From the NCBI GenBank assembly GCA_951406725.2, contig OX597831.1, positions 53,072,001 through 53,136,000 on the forward strand: a stretch of 64,000 bases of DNA. Reading direction: 5' to 3'. Below the pieces are notes generated by a model. That model was not told the origin of the DNA. It worked only from the letters and a program-made list of their open reading frames with translations, and did not search any database. Shown in pieces: positions 47,101-60,700 of the stretch; positions within the stretch are counted from its first letter, which is position 1, and each line of letters begins with the position of its first letter. The DNA comes from Octopus vulgaris. Lineage: Eukaryota. The translations under genes were made by a program, and so were the position numbers.

Positions 47101-48798
47101 TTATTGTATGATATAACATCACATAGAAGCATTTTATTAGAATTACTTTGGTTACATAAAATACCAATATAATAATGTACCTTTGAATGACTGAAACATA
47201 TATTTCTATGCAATTAATTCCTTCTGATTTTTTGCACAAGAGTAGCAATTTCAAGAGAAGGGAGAAGTTGATTACTTCAACTCCCTTTGCTCAACTGGTA
47301 TTTGTTTTATTGACCCTGAAAGAATGAAAAGCAAAATCAACTTAGGTGGAACTTTAACTCAGAATATAAAGCTAGAAGAAATGCCACTAAGTATTTCTGA
47401 TTCCTTTGCAAACAATCCAATCCTTTCTACTATAGGTGCAAGGTCTGGAATTTATCATGAAGGGGACTAGTTGATTTCATCAACCCCACTACATGACTGC
47501 TATGTATTTTATTAACTCCAAAAGGATGAAAGGCAAAGTTGACCTTGGTGGAATTTGAACTCAGAATGTAAAGACATGAAATGCCGCTAAGCATTTTCAT
47601 TCTTATGCCTTTCTACTATTGGTACTAAACCCTGAATTTGTAGGGTAAGGGGCTAGTTAATTACTTCGACCCCAGTACTTGACTGGTACTTATTTTATTG
47701 ATCCCAAAAGGATGAAAGGCAAAGTCGACCTTGGTGGAATTGGAACTCAGAATGTAAAGTCAGGCGAAATGCTGCTAAGCATTTTGTCCCACATGCTAAT
47801 GTTCTACCAGCTCACCACTTTGAACCTTGATGGGATTTGAGCTCAGAATACCAAGAGGCAAAAGGAATGATACTGCCAACTTGCAGTGCAGTATGGCCAA
47901 ATGGTTAAGAAGTTCATTTTATAATCACAAGGTCCCAAGTTTGATATCACTGTGTGGCATCTTGAGCATGTGTTATTTTCTATAACCTCAGATCAGCCCA
48001 TTGTTTTGACATTCACTAAGTAGAAGCCTGTCAAATGGATTGTATCTGTAATTCGAAAATCTAGCCTTGTTACACAGTGTCGTAGTGATTTTATCTGATA
48101 ATTGTATTAAGGGCACACATGTCTGTAGAATACTCAGCCACTGACATGCTTAGTCAATGAACCTGGTAATTCACTTAATCAAACAACTGGAGTTTCACCA
48201 TTTATGATTATGCCATTTGGGATTGTGATATTTGGGATTATGACCCCACCCCTATTTTGCAGATTAGTATGTCTAGACATGTATTTCCAATGTTTTATAT
48301 TTGTAAAGATGATAGGATCTTATTTGAGGTAGATTGGACTGCTATTTCTAGTAGGTCAGTAGACCATATAGGGGCTTGATATTTTCAAAAATTGATGGAA
48401 GAATGTTCTTTGTGATGCTTATCTTATTCATCTTTATTTTTTTATTTGTATCAGTCATAGGATTGCATCCATGCTGGAGCACTAGTTTGAAAGGTTTAGT
48501 CAAACAAATCGACCCTGGTAGTTATTTTGTAAACCTAGTTCTTATTCTATCAGTCTCTTTTTGCCGAACTACTAAGTTACAATGATGTAAACAAACCAAC
48601 ACAGGTTGTCAACACAAAGACACACACACACACACGATTTTTTTCCCTTCCTCCATTTTTTTCTTCTCATCCCATTCAGTTGAAGAGTGTAGGCTCAAAA
48701 CATCAAAGACTTTTCCCTTTTTCTTGAGTGTCAAACTAATGCACCAGCCTGTTGTTTCCTCACCTGTCTCTGTCTTTTGTTTTCTGCACATTTGAACC

Positions 48799-48848
<50 letters not shown>

Positions 48849-51800
48849 CTGTTCCTATGTATATGATGATCTTCTTTCAGTTTCCCTCTACAAATTCACT
48901 CGCAAAGCTTTGATCAGCTTGGGGCTATAGTAGAAGACACTTGTCCAAGGTGCCATGCAGTGGGACTGAATGAGGAACCATGTGGTTGGAAAGCAAACTT
49001 CTTACCACTCACCTACATCTGTGCCTGCTGAATTCAGGTGTCTCTATTTGAAACAAAATCACTGTTAGAATTTTAAAAAATACATTTTGGTTCCATATCA
49101 ATTACTCCAATTATGACTTGATATTAATTATTACAATTATTACTACACTCTCGGAGTGGTTTGCGTTAGGAAGGGCATCCAGCTGTAGAAACACTGCCAG
49201 ATCAGATTGGGGCCAGGCACAACCTCCTGGCTTCCCGGACCCTAGTCGAACTGTCCAACCCATCCAGCATGGAAAACAGACGTTAAACGATGATGATGAT
49301 GATGATTATTGACTACTTTTCTTTCTCTTTTAATGTATAGCATGAGCTTAGTGAAGTTGCCTCTTTGAATGACATACCGTCTGTTGACACAAGAAGCCGC
49401 AGATCAAAATTGGATGAGCAGAAAGTTGAAGAACTTATATCCAAACCTGAACACGGTTTTGTTAATGTTCTCAGGTTTGGTATTTTGGCTCTACAGCTGT
49501 TACCAGAAAATGCATCAGCAGGTACTGTGAAGGAGTTTACTATACATTTGCATTTGTTTTTATTTTATTAAGTTTTTGACAGAACTGAATTAACTGAAAT
49601 AAAACAAAATTATGTAATTTACTGCTAGATCACCATTCTTTGCTTATATACATTGTAATTTTGAAGCTATCAAATCCTCCTCCTCTTCATTGATGTTGTC
49701 ATTATTGTCATCGTCATCATCATTGTTTAATTTCCATGCTTGCATGGGTCAGACTGAGTTTATAGAAATAGGTTTTCTTTGCTGACCCTCACCTGTTTGC
49801 ATGCAAGGTAATAATTCCCCATGGCTGAACATGTTTGCGCAAAATATTGGAAATGAATGACATTCGTTTACAACAGTCACATGATGCCAAAAAAAAAAAA
49901 GAGAGACAAATAAGTGGTTGGTATTAGGAAGGGCATCCAGCTATAGAAACCATATCAAAGCAATCTTGGTGCAATCCTTTAGTTCGTCAAATCCTGTCAA
50001 CCCATATCAACATGGAAAACGGATGTTAGAATGATAATGATGCCTTCAAAGACACTATAGATTACTCATGTCAAGTAAAGGACTTGAAGAATTTAGCAAC
50101 AACGTTTTTACACATAGTTAATTTTACGTTTTTGTATTTAACGTATCATTTTATGTTATTTTTGTAAGAGATAAAAGTATATTGTTAAATATTGTTAGGT
50201 TAATTAATTTGGCTAATATGAAATTTAGCTTATTTATATTCATCTCATCTCCACTATTGTTTCTCATCGTCATCCTCATATATCTCCTTCACTGCAAAAC
50301 ACTTGTTTCTGTCCCCTCTTTCCTACTTTAGTCTCCTGAATAGCTGGTACCAAAGCCACCTCCCTCAGTACTGTACCCCTACTGAGTGAAGGAGTCTTGT
50401 TCTGGTGACCTCATTAGTGGTGGTTCCATAAAAAAAAAAGCACCCAGTACAAACTATAAAGTGGTTGGTGCTAGGAAGGGCATCCAGTTGTATAAACTAT
50501 GCCAAAGCAGACATTGGAGACCAACTTTGCTCTCAAGCTAGTCAGATTCTGTAATACCATCCCGGCCATACCAACAAGGAACGTGAATGTTAAATGACGA
50601 CGATGATGATGATGATGATGACAAATTGTTAGTCGCGCAGGGATGATACCATTATTGTAATATGTTTTATTTTTAAGCTTTTACTTAAATATTTTTGTTG
50701 TTTTTAGATAATTTTTGTTTTAACCAAAAATGAATATACAAGTATAGCTTGATGTTAGAAAAATAAACAATACTTAAATGTTGATAAGAAGCCTCATAAT
50801 TCAATTTTCCATGATGGTTTTCTTTTCCTTTTAGGTATTGCAGTTGTCACTGATGGAATGGTTGGCCTTCCAGATGCCAGTATGTTTGAAGCTCTTGTTG
50901 CACAGCTCCGTAACAGTACCATCGCATGTTCATTTTTGCACATTGGATGCAGTCACCACAGTAACTTGTCCTTTGGACGGGTTCCACATACAGAGCTGAT
51001 GAAATTTATTGCTACTGCCACATTTGGAGGTTATTTTGCAGTGTCACCTAGTGTTGTAAGTTATCTTGATATCTTGACCTCTTCCTTCTTCATCAGTGAC
51101 TAAAATTCTCAAGAGTATGAAGTAATCTTGATGTGGCTGCTCGGTCTGTTAGGAATAGCAGCCAAATTTCTCTCAAATTACACCCTACTGTCTGATGTAG
51201 TTTTAGGTTCATTTATGTCTGAATACAAGATGTAATGGTCACAGCTGAATTTCTTTTGGTCATAAGTTTGTTAGATCACGGTCAAATATTTACAAATGTT
51301 AAAATTCATTACTACCTTTCATTTATTTTTCCCCATTTTTTTTTCAAAGAAAAAACAAAAAAACAAACAAACTAACTATTGGTATGGGTTGGACAGATTT
51401 GAAAATTCTTACATTTATGCAATTTTCTGGAGTAAGAGTTTGTGTGTCATTTATACCATCAAATACATATTTAATGGCATAAAAAGTTATTGATTTGACT
51501 TCAAGAGTTTGGTCAGATTTCATTATTTAGTTGTTACATGTTTCTGATGTACATAAATGATTCTTATATAAATTAATTTTTTTATTTACCTTTAGAAAAA
51601 CTCTGGAAATGAATTGAATGTTTACCACAAAGCATTTTTCCTGTGGAGCTTTCAGAAAGGTTTAACAGGATTTGAAGTTCCAGATACTGGTTTGAATTGC
51701 AGACAAGATCATACATCAGGGCGGCCTTCTTGGGTTGGCAGGTACAAATATTTCATATTCTTCACACTGACATATTGATTTACTAAACATCAAAATGTGT

Positions 51801-54550
51801 TAACAGTTTTTGCACTATTTCGCAAATCATTACTTTTTTTAATCTCTCTCCCCCCCTCTCCCTCTGTGTGTGTATATCTTCATCGTTTGACAATGAGGAT
51901 TAAGTTATTTGAATAATTGAACAAATAACTGCCACTCTGTCAGTTACAACGATGAGCAAATAATCATCATTGTTTAACGTCCGTTTTCCGTGCTAGCATG
52001 GGTTGGATGGTTCGACCAGGGTATGGGGAGCCAGGGTCAGCATTTCTACAGCTGAATGCCCTTCTTGACGCCAACCACTCCATGGGTGTAGTGGGTGCTT
52101 TTTACGTGCCAGGGGAGGCTGGCAGCGGCCATGATAGGTTGGTGCTTTTTACGTGCCACCGGCACAGAAGTAAACAGATAAAGACAATGGTTATTCGTAA
52201 GGCAGAACAAAGGAAAGCAAATATAAAGACAGATGGACTGTAGCTTGAACATGTAAAAAGCAAGTATTTAGCACAAATCAGGAAGTTTGCTGTGAAAAAA
52301 TCTACCTGACTCCTTGTTGTTTACAGTGACAAGCATTCCAGTTGATGTAATCAACAGAACAGCTTGCTTGTGAAATGAACATGCAAGGGACTGAGCAGTC
52401 TACAGACACATGCATCCTTAACGCAGTTCACAGGGAGATTTAGCATTTTCTTTTTTGGTCAGCCCAGCGTACCACACAGTGGGATTGAACCTGAAGCCAT
52501 GCTTGCATCAATCAGTAAGCAGTAATTGTAAATGGAGTAAAGTGTATATCATCCAGAGAGGTTTATGGTTTTAATCCTTCAGCATTCAAACTGCTCATAT
52601 CTGGCCCAAAATGTTCTACCTGTTTTACAATCAAACTGGACAGATCTGGCCTCTCACACCTACCCGACAATATCATTTAAATTATAAACAATTATATTAT
52701 TGAAATCTCAAAGCTACGAGATAATGCATGATTAATTCAAAAGAATGTGAATAGATAGGCATTACATTTAACAGAGTAATCTGAATGCTAAAGGGTTAAT
52801 CAATGAAATTCTTACAAAAAAAATGGATGGAATATGCAATTCTTAAATTATGTATATTGTATGATAAAAGATATCAAATTCTTCATTTACTGGAAACTTG
52901 TATGGCATAAGGAATTTCATAAGAATAGAAACCAGCTGATAAGCAAATCCCTCAGACTGTTTGGAATTTTACATTACTGAGTCTTTGCTTTGCTTGTTTG
53001 TAGGCTTTTGACCCATCCAGTTACGAATCAAGAAATCAATGTTGCACCAATGGTAAGGAAAAAGCACAAAGAGGTCAATCTCCAAACCACTATATCTGGA
53101 GTGCTGTCATTACGGTTGCGAGAAGGTTATACAATCAAAGAGGTGAACCTAATTAAAGGTATGTGGGGTTACTGATTTTCTACTTTATGTTAATGGTTTG
53201 TAAAAATTAATCCTGTTTGCCATTATTTTGTTAATAAAGTAAATACCTCTCAGTACTAGAAAAATTGTCCTCCTCCTCCTTTAACATTTGTGTTCCATGC
53301 CAGCATGGGTTGGACTGTTTGACCAGAGCTGGCAAGCTGGAGAGCTGCATCAGGTTCCTGTCTGATTTGGCTAGGTTTCTATATTTGGATGCCCTTCCTA
53401 ATGCCAGCCACTTCACAGTGTGTGCTGGGTGCTTTTAATGTGGCACTACCACAAGTTCTTTTATGTGGTACTGGCACAGAACTCTTGCAGGCCAATTCTC
53501 TTCACCAAAGGATATGGTCTTCCTGTGGAGGATGGGTCTTCATGAGTACAGCAAGGCACCAGGTATCTTGGTCTTGTCAGAGCTGCATAACACATGTAAA
53601 TATATACACTGACAAATGTACATATGACTTTCATTAATGATATATGGGTTGATTCTTCAAGCCAAGTCAACTGGTGGAGATCTAGGGGTAGGTTAAGAAT
53701 GAGATGGCTGGATAATATTGTAGAGAATCCAACTGCAAATTGTAATGATGATTGCTTCTGAAAGAATTCCATGTGCTTAAGGACTCTACCCCAAGAACTC
53801 TACCAGGAATAGTAAGTGAAGAGGGATGGATAGATGTAGTGTCTATTTTGTGCATGCGTGTGTGTGTTTGTGTAAAAATATATGGCTTGAATTTTTCATT
53901 TATGAATTTTTATTTATATCATATTTTTCTTGTTCTCTGATTCCTTAAGGTGAAAGCCAGATTGAAGTTCGTCTTTTGTTACCATGGAGGGAATATGCTC
54001 GCATTGAATACATTGCTACAGCATCATGGCCTTTGTCTCCCAACAAGTAAGCTAATGTCTTTATTTTTTACTTGTTTCAGTCATTAGACTGTGGCCATGC
54101 TGGGACACCACCTTGAAGAATTTTTTATTTTGTAGTCAAATGAATCAACCCCAGTACTTTTTTATTTTTAAGCCTGGTACTTATTCTGTTGCTCTTTTTT
54201 GCCAAACTGCTAAGTTATGGGGACATAAACACCAGTTATCAAGCAGTGGTGGAGATCGAACCCTGAAACAAAGACACACACACACAGGTGTATGTATGTG
54301 TATATATATCCATATCCATATTAGAGGGAAACCACTATGTGGACACCCTTATGCTAGAAATATATATATATATATTAAATTAGAGATAAAACCACTATTA
54401 GGCAAATCAAACAGTGAAAATCATAAACCAATACATAGAAATAAAATTAATTAATAAAAATATATAAAATATAAAATTCAAAATTTAAATTATTTAAATT
54501 TAAAGTTAAAATTTAAAAAAATTATTTAAATTAATAATTTATACTTATAA

Positions 54551-54590
<40 letters not shown>

Positions 54591-57461
54591 ATTATTATTA
54601 TTATCATTATTATTATTTTTTTTAAATATATATAACTATCAAAAAGTATTAAAAGTTTAATATAAGATAAAGAGTAAAACCACTACGATCGTTTCATGCC
54701 CATAAACCAATTCGAATAACAATAATTTAAATTCAATTAATAATTTGAATTATGGTTATAGTCAATCTTCAGGTTAATTATAATATTTAAATAAATAATC
54801 AGAAATATTTAAACAATATTTTTTAAGAAATAAATAAAATAATAATTTTTCTTATTAAAAAACTCTATTATCAAACTAGAAACTTAATGATTATGATTAT
54901 GTCATACAATCGATTATAATGTTAAATATTAATTTTTAAGGTAAGAAACCCACAAATAATCTAATATCAGTTATAGTCAATATCTAATTACATACATATT
55001 TTACAAAAAAAAAAAATGACTATTCGTATTATTAAATATAATTTCAAGTCAAATAATTATATAATATTTGAATAATAAATGAATTATCAATGAAAATATA
55101 TAAATGTATATAAATATTAGAATTAAGATCTAAAATTATCTCTATCAATAAATATATATGCACGTATAATAAAGACCTAATAAATTAATTATTCATTATT
55201 ACTTATAAAAATATTAAAAGATTAAAGATGAAATAGCTAATTGTAAAAAAAACAAACAAACAATCTTAAACGAACGCTATAACAAATTAACGTACTATAT
55301 ATCTCTTTGGCTAACTAATAACTTTCAAAAATCGTATAGTTAAAATAGAATAATAAAATACTTAATGAAATAATCAATCCGTAGTTATATAGTATCAAAT
55401 AAATGCTACAAATATATTTATCAATGGGAAGAATATTACTACCAATTACCGATTTAAAAAAAACAATATATAAGTTATAATAACAATTATAAGAAATTTA
55501 AAATAACAATCAACAAATATAGTTATTTATGACTAAAATTTATGCTATCAATACATGTATATACATGAAACCTTACTTTAAAAAACTTGTATAACTGTTA
55601 AAGATCTATATATCTCTTTGGCTAAGTAAAGTCTTACGAATAAACATAAAGTGAATATCTAATAATTATATAGAAAAAATTACGATAATTAGATCATTAC
55701 ATAACCATCAATATTTATATAAAAAACAATATTATACCATAAGACTTATTAAAATATTTAAATTTTAAAATTTAAGAATCTTAAATATAATATATATACA
55801 CAATGGGCTTCTTTCAGTCACACTGCATAGCTTCTCGTGCAAGTGTCTTCTACTATAAATGTTTGAAATCTGTTGAGAATATATGATAACTTAAAATATC
55901 ATGATGAGAGAAGGGCATAACTAAAGGGAGATCTAAATGACATGCATGAGTGTACATCTTTTATCTGTTTCAGTCATCAGACGGAGGCCATGCTGGGGCA
56001 CTGCCTTGAAGAGTTTTTAGTCAAATGAATCAAACCCAGTATATTTTTTTTGTTTTTGTAAGCCTGGCACTTATTCTATCGGTCTCTTTTGCCAAATTGC
56101 CAAGTTATGGGGTCTTAAGTACACCAACACTGGTTGTCAAGCAGTGGTGGGCGACAAACACACACACACACACACACACATGCCAGAATTCTTTCAGTTT
56201 CCATCTACCAAGTTCACTCACAAGGCTTTGGTTGGCCTGAGGCTATAGTAGAAGACACTTGTCCAAGGTGCCACGCAGTGGGACTGAACCTGGTACAATG
56301 TGGTTGGGAAGCAAACTTCTTAGCAAACGGTTATACATGTGCCTAGCCAAGCATGTGTGTGTGTGTGTTTGTGATATGGGAGGAGAATGAAAGATAGTTG
56401 GAATAAATCAGCTACTAAGTAGTGTAGTAAAAGAGTATCATACATGAAGAGAGATTCTAGAATTCATAATGGAACTAGAAAAGTAAAGCAATGGTTTGAA
56501 TCTGAGTGTGTTGGACTGAAAATAGAGAAATTATCTTTAATATAATCTTCATTTTCAAGATATAAAATTGATATTTATCTCATGCACTGGTATAATAAAT
56601 GATGTGTATCTTTCTGTAGAGGATTAGAGTTATTGACCTAAGAAGTGAAGAAATAAGTCTTGGATATTCATGCCTTTGCTGTTAACCTTTAGCATGCTCA
56701 GGCACATAATGATGCAGTACGAGTTTTCTCCCCTGTAGCAGCTGGCACATTGTGTTGCATTGAGAGGGGAGAAAACTCATATGGTGACATGATGCATCTA
56801 CAGCATGCTAAAAGTTAACACCATAAATTCAGTGAAGTGAAATAGCTACTAGGAATGGAGACCATATAACAGGCTTTATTCACCAAGAACTATTGTACTA
56901 TTTTTTTAAAAATATTTCATGACTTGAATTATCATTTCCACTTGTATTGTTATATATGTATTTTGACATGGAAATGGTATTTTTTCTATTTCCAATTTAG
57001 GCGTTACACTCGTGTAGAAATAATAATTGAAGGCAGCTATGATTTTCTTCATGAGATGACTTGTACTGACAAACGCCCTTCCAAAAGTCCATTCCGCACT
57101 GCTCATGTCAAAAAATACTGGCAATCTTTACAAAAGTGAGTTTAAAGACTATTTTTATGTTTTTTACATTTACATTTATCAAAAGTTTGTTGGAAATGTT
57201 CTATTTTGAATTATTTTGTTTATAGATTTTGATAAACTTTGGTTAATGTTTAATATTAGGGAAAGAGATTTTACATTACTGCTTTCATCATCATCATTTT
57301 AATGTCCACTTTGTCATGCTTGTGTGAGTTGGATACAGTTTATTGAAGACAGATTTTCCATGATTGGATGCCCTTCCTGTTGCCAACCCTCACCTGTTTC
57401 CATACAAGATAATAATTCCTCGTGACTTGACATGTTTTTCACAGAAGACTGGAAGCAAACA

Positions 57462-57514
<53 letters not shown>

Positions 57515-57711
57515 TACAGGGGGCCCCAAAAGTCATTGATGGGTTTCAGTTTTTAATAACTTCCTTAACTATACAAATAAATGCATGAAATTTTGATACA
57601 ATATAAAGGACATAATGGAAATTAATATACACAGGTCAAATTTTGCAACACTACTACATCACATATGAAAAATGACATTTATATATATGTGTATGTATGT
57701 GTGTGTGTGTG

Positions 57712-57742
<31 letters not shown>

Positions 57743-57754
57743 AGATATATGAGA

Positions 57755-57799
<45 letters not shown>

Positions 57800-60700
57800 G
57801 GAATTGGTTGTATTTGTAAATATCTTAGTTTCCACTAATTAAACTTTGATTGAAGACAGTGTTAATGTAATGACTTTGTTTTTTATTTCCTTTCAGCTTG
57901 ATGCAAACAGACCAACTATTGGTTCATCTTCATTCTTTTTCCTCCAATGCTGTAAATTACACTGTTCCAAAAACACTAAAGAATGGATTGCCACTTCTAC
58001 CAGCAGAGTATTCTTTACAGCAGTTAGTATTATTTATATTGTTATCATCATCGTCTTCACAATAGTTTAGCTTTCTTTAGTACCTTGTGAAAAATTAACC
58101 CCAAACCTGTCTTTATTTAAAGCTTGGAAACATTATTAGGAAGCATCTTTTATCCTTTACTTGTTTCAGTCATCAGACTGCGGCCATGCTGGGGCACCAC
58201 CTTGAAGAATTTTAGTTGAATGAATCGATCCCAGTACTTATTTTTGTAAACCTGGTACTTGTATTGGTTCTCTTTTGCCGACTGCTGTGTTACAGGGATG
58301 TAATCACACCAACACCTGTTGTCAAGTGGTGGTGGGTGACACACAAATACAAAGACACACACATAGATATATCTATAAATGTATGACAGGCTTTTTTCAG
58401 TTTCCATCTCCTAAATTCACTCACAAGGCTTTGATCAGCCCGAGACTATAGTAGAAGACATTTGTCTAAGGTGCCATGCAGTGGGGCCGAACTGGAAACC
58501 ATGTAGTTGGGAAGCAAAATTTTTCTGCACAGCCATGCCTGTGCCTATGTAAATCAAATCAGTGGGACCCAGCATCTGTTTTGATTATACTCATAGTATA
58601 AATCAAACAATGCAAGCCAATAAAGCTGTTATCAGTTTTACAGCATTGATGCATAAACTACACCAAAATGCGATATATACAGCTTGGTGAACTGATTTAA
58701 TGAGAGATCTGTGTTTTGGCCATGAACATAGGAAAGAAGATACAAATGCTCCTTTAGCTTCTTATATGGTACTCTTTAACTCATCCATCAGCCGTTCTAC
58801 TCTCAATTACATCTTTTAATTTAAAGGTCATCAGCCTTTTGTTAAATGCTTCTTTTACACGTATTTTTTTGCACACTATCTGATTGTATTATAATTTGGA
58901 TGTAATTGTAGTTTTTCTAAGCAGAACTTCATTGAAGCAATCTCACTTCTGTAATGAACAAAATACTTCATGGAGTGTCTATGCTGATAATAATTTTAAC
59001 GAAAATCTTAATTGCAATCTTCTGATTGATTATTGCTTACTTCCTTTTTAATTTGTAAGACTGAATTTATTTACATACATTACATTGAAGAGTTCTGTGA
59101 ATTTATTGCTGTTCATTTAAATTTTCAGTTCTCTCTCTTTTTTGGCACATACCAATCTTCCATTAATAGCTGGATAATATTCTATTGAAAACTCTTTAAA
59201 GAAAAAAGCAATTGAGAAAAAATATCAAAAAGTGTTATAATGTATATTAACTCTTAAAAAATTATTTAAACGTTTAGATTTCCAATTTTTAAACTCTGAT
59301 TTATCTTTAATATTTTTTGTTCTAATTTTGCAGAGATCCCAGTTTAAATGAGCTGATAAAATTCTGGAATCCAATTGCCAGTTTAGACATCAATATATGG
59401 TTAGTTAGATATATTTCTTACAAACTGAAGTAATTTAACTAAAACAGTTTACACCTCTTACTTGCAATGTTTGCATCTTTTTTTCGTCTTTTACTTGTTT
59501 CAATCATCAAACTGTAGTCATGTTGGGGCACCGCCTTGAAGAATTTTTAATCGAATGTATCGACCCTAGTGTTTGTTATTTAAAATCTGGTTCTTATTCT
59601 ATCAGTTTCTTTTGCCAAACTGCTAGATTATGGGGATGTAAACATACTAGCACCAGTTGTCAAGCAGTGATGGCGCCGGACAAATACAGATACACATATG
59701 AGTGGACAAACAAAAGAAGGGTACTCAACGCATTAATTGAGAGTTACATGTATCAAATGAATCAAACTGTTTTGATCCACATACATATATGTATTTATGT
59801 GTGTGTGTGTGTGTGTGTGTGTATACACATGCACGCATGCACACACACACACACACACGTATATATAGGAGTATGGATTTTTAAAAATCTTTCTGACTGA
59901 TGTGAGCCTGGAAGAGTGGACATTAAAATCATGATGATGTGACCTGTTGTCATTCAACCCAGTCATATCCACCCCAAATATTTTATCTGTTTTAGATTTA
60001 AACTGGTCAGATTCAGCCTCTCCCACCTACCCTACAATGTCATTCTAAAAGTAAACAATCTCATAATTGAAATCCTGAAGCTACAAGATAATACACAATT
60101 AATTCAAAACAAAGTGAATAAAAAAAGCATTATATTTGACAGAGTAATCTGAATGCTAAAGGGTTAAGTTCCTGATAAACAGAACATCTTGCTCTGTAGT
60201 TTGATGTGTGAATACACTAAGGTACCTTACTTGAAAACAAGCGAGAGTTGTCAGTTGGAAGACCATCTAACCATAGAATTCAGTATTGAGAAGTCTTGTC
60301 CAACACATACCAGCATGGAAAAAGCAGATATAGAAATGCTAATGATGATGATGATGATAGGAAGTTAAGTCTAGTGACATAAAAGATAAATGTCTGAATA
60401 ATTGTTTTATTTCTTTCTTTTCAAGGCAAAAATGGATGCACACACATCGAATCGGTATCATATTGCGGCATGATACTCCTCTGAAAAAGTACCTGCACAC
60501 TCCAAATTCCAATGGCTACTTCCAGTCTGTACACTGTTATAAAGCTATGACTGCATTGAACAACATGTTGAAACACTGGTGCACATTTGTCTTGATGGAG
60601 AATCACTCTAACCTCACATACATGTACATAAAATTTAATAACAGGTAAGTGTACCATTCATTACATTTGTCATTTTATATGGAGGCCAATATGGCTCGAA

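Noticed and set aside
54450-55795. Possible nuclear mitochondrial insertion
   Set aside because: No mitochondrial rRNA, tRNA or protein motifs recognised; the hammerhead motif points to a retroelement origin.
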